In this document: positions 62,581-64,000 of the stretch, one piece after another
Numbering within the stretch: position 1 is the stretch's first letter
Layout: each line of letters starts with the position of its first letter
Assembly (NCBI GenBank): GCA_043228905.1
Contig: JBHGNT010000015.1
Coordinates: forward strand, 9,176,001 to 9,240,000
DNA: 64,000 bases
Source of the DNA: Azolla caroliniana
Taxonomy: Eukaryota > Plantae > Polypodiophyta
Direction of reading: 5' to 3'
Translations under genes and position numbers: made by a program
Notes under the pieces: generated by a model
The model's input: the letters and a program-made list of their open reading frames with translations, nothing else
What the model was told of the DNA's origin: nothing
The model's database searches: none

Positions 62581-64000
62581 TGTTGACAAGCGATTGAGAA
62601 GCATTACAGGGTGGGGGGTGGTGCCTAGAATGGCCCCATCCCCCTCCCAAGGGGGTTCAACGTTAAGGGGGGGGAGAGAGAGAGAGAGAGAGAAATGGTC
62701 CTTCTTTCATTCATTCCCCATAAGGGGTTAAATAGGCACAAAGGGGTAGATACACAAGGGTGCAAGCCCCTTTGGCATTCACACCTAATCACTCACTCAC
62801 ACCTCTTTGTATCAACCACACTCACACTTACATTCACACTTATCAATCACATAACATTACACATACATATCAACACATTACATCTTTCACCCTCACTTAT
62901 CACAGTTATCAATCACCCGTACATCTCGTACGGCAACACAATATGGCACGCCCGTGGGAGAGTGCCTTGCACGTCGATCCCACATGCCTTGATCATAATC
63001 TTTCTTCGACCAGAACTTCCATCGGTCGTCTCAACGATCGACTTCCTTGATCAGAGCGCTTGACTCGAACATCTCCTTCAGTCAACGACTTCATCGACAC
63101 GAACATTCTCGTTCTGTTGGCACACAAACTTTGGTAACATCATTCGGGTCGTCAAAAAGACGTTGTGTGTATGTGTGTTCCTCCTTGAGTTGTTGTAAGT
63201 TGTGAGTTGTGAGTTGTGAGTATATCTCGTCCATTTCTTTTAGGTTGATCAGTTTTAAAAAAAATTCACTACCCTTGAGTTTTTAAAATTCCTTAGATGC
63301 TCCTTATCGTATTCCTTTTCCCTCTCTTTTTCCTGTTTTATTATTTATTTATTAAATTTGCATTAGGTCTTTTTCTTTTCCTTCTTTCTGTCTGTATCTT
63401 CTTTCTCTCCTTCTTCATTTCTTCTCTTCTTCCTGCCTGTCGGTCCGTCTGTGTCTCCTTCTGCTTCTTCTCTCCCTCTAATTCTCCCGCTTGATTTTCT
63501 GTTTGTCCATGCCTCTATCTCTAGTGCCTGAATCTTGCTTTGCTCCTCCTCTCTATTTCCTTCTTTCGTGTTGCTTTGGTCTACCGTTTTTTCTTCTTTC
63601 TTGGTTATTCTGTTGCCTTTGATACTTCTTCTTTTCCTTCCCTTCATATTCCTTATTCTCTTCTTCTCTTTCATCATTGTCGATTGTATGTTCGTTTTTG
63701 GCCACCACTGTTCGGCCGCTATCGGGACACTGCTCCAACTGCCGTTGTTCGGCCGCTTCATCCATGTCTCCATCACTATCCATCATTGTCGTGGTTTCCG
63801 TCTCTGTTTGGCCGTGTGTCCGTTTGGCATGTTCGCTCGTCCCTTCGTCTTTCCGGCCGTTTTTGGTCGTTTATCCGGTTGTCAGGCCGCTCTAACCACT
63901 GTCTGGCTATTCCCGCCATTCCTTCGTTGGCTATCTGATCGCCGCTACTCTGGTCACTCTAGCCACTTCGGCCACTTCGGCCACTATCCAACCACTTCAG
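62581..64000 (-). mobile_element. Element K: 3' end of a G-related LTR element, continuing beyond the window
   Basis: LTR 62581-62938 (TGTTG..CAACA) shares the GCCTAGAATGG hairpin, CCCATAAGGGGTT and CA-rich tract with G. The internal CCATCGGTCGTCTCAACG and CGGCCA repeats are also shared. Confidence 0.85.
62944..62972 (-). other. tRNA-Arg 3'-end-like motif at the PPT position of K
   Basis: Minus strand GTGCAAGGCACTCTCCCACGGGCGTGCCA ends 5 nt before the LTR. Confidence 0.78.

Overview
This is plant repeat-rich DNA made almost entirely of nested LTR retrotransposons. I found no host gene, RNA gene or CRISPR array. The element mix (Tcn1-like chromovirus, tRNA-Trp-primed non-chromovirus gypsy) suggests a non-seed plant such as a fern or lycophyte, which is an inference. 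About 20 insertions can be resolved, most with TG..CA termini and target-site duplications (TSDs). They include three copies of one copia group (A 3027-8401, B 20623-26942, E 30103-43200), a very young Tat-type gypsy with an extra RNase H (C), a chromovirus (F) inside E, a near-intact copia (H), a large old gypsy (D 19609-56508) hosting most of the others, five solo LTRs, several copia relics and an L1-type LINE relic. The main unexplained signal is in three diverged LTR elements (0, G, K). Each has no polypurine tract before its 3' LTR and instead carries a conserved sense-strand mimic of a tRNA-Arg 3' end ending in CCA. The complete copy G also has a normal tRNA-Arg PBS, so it has two inward-facing PBS-like sites. 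A second signal is that copia A/B/E carry a duplicated PPT bracketing a ~175-codon in-frame extension of RNase H. Coordinates and mismatch counts were read by eye, and tRNA assignments rest on recalled plant tRNA sequences.
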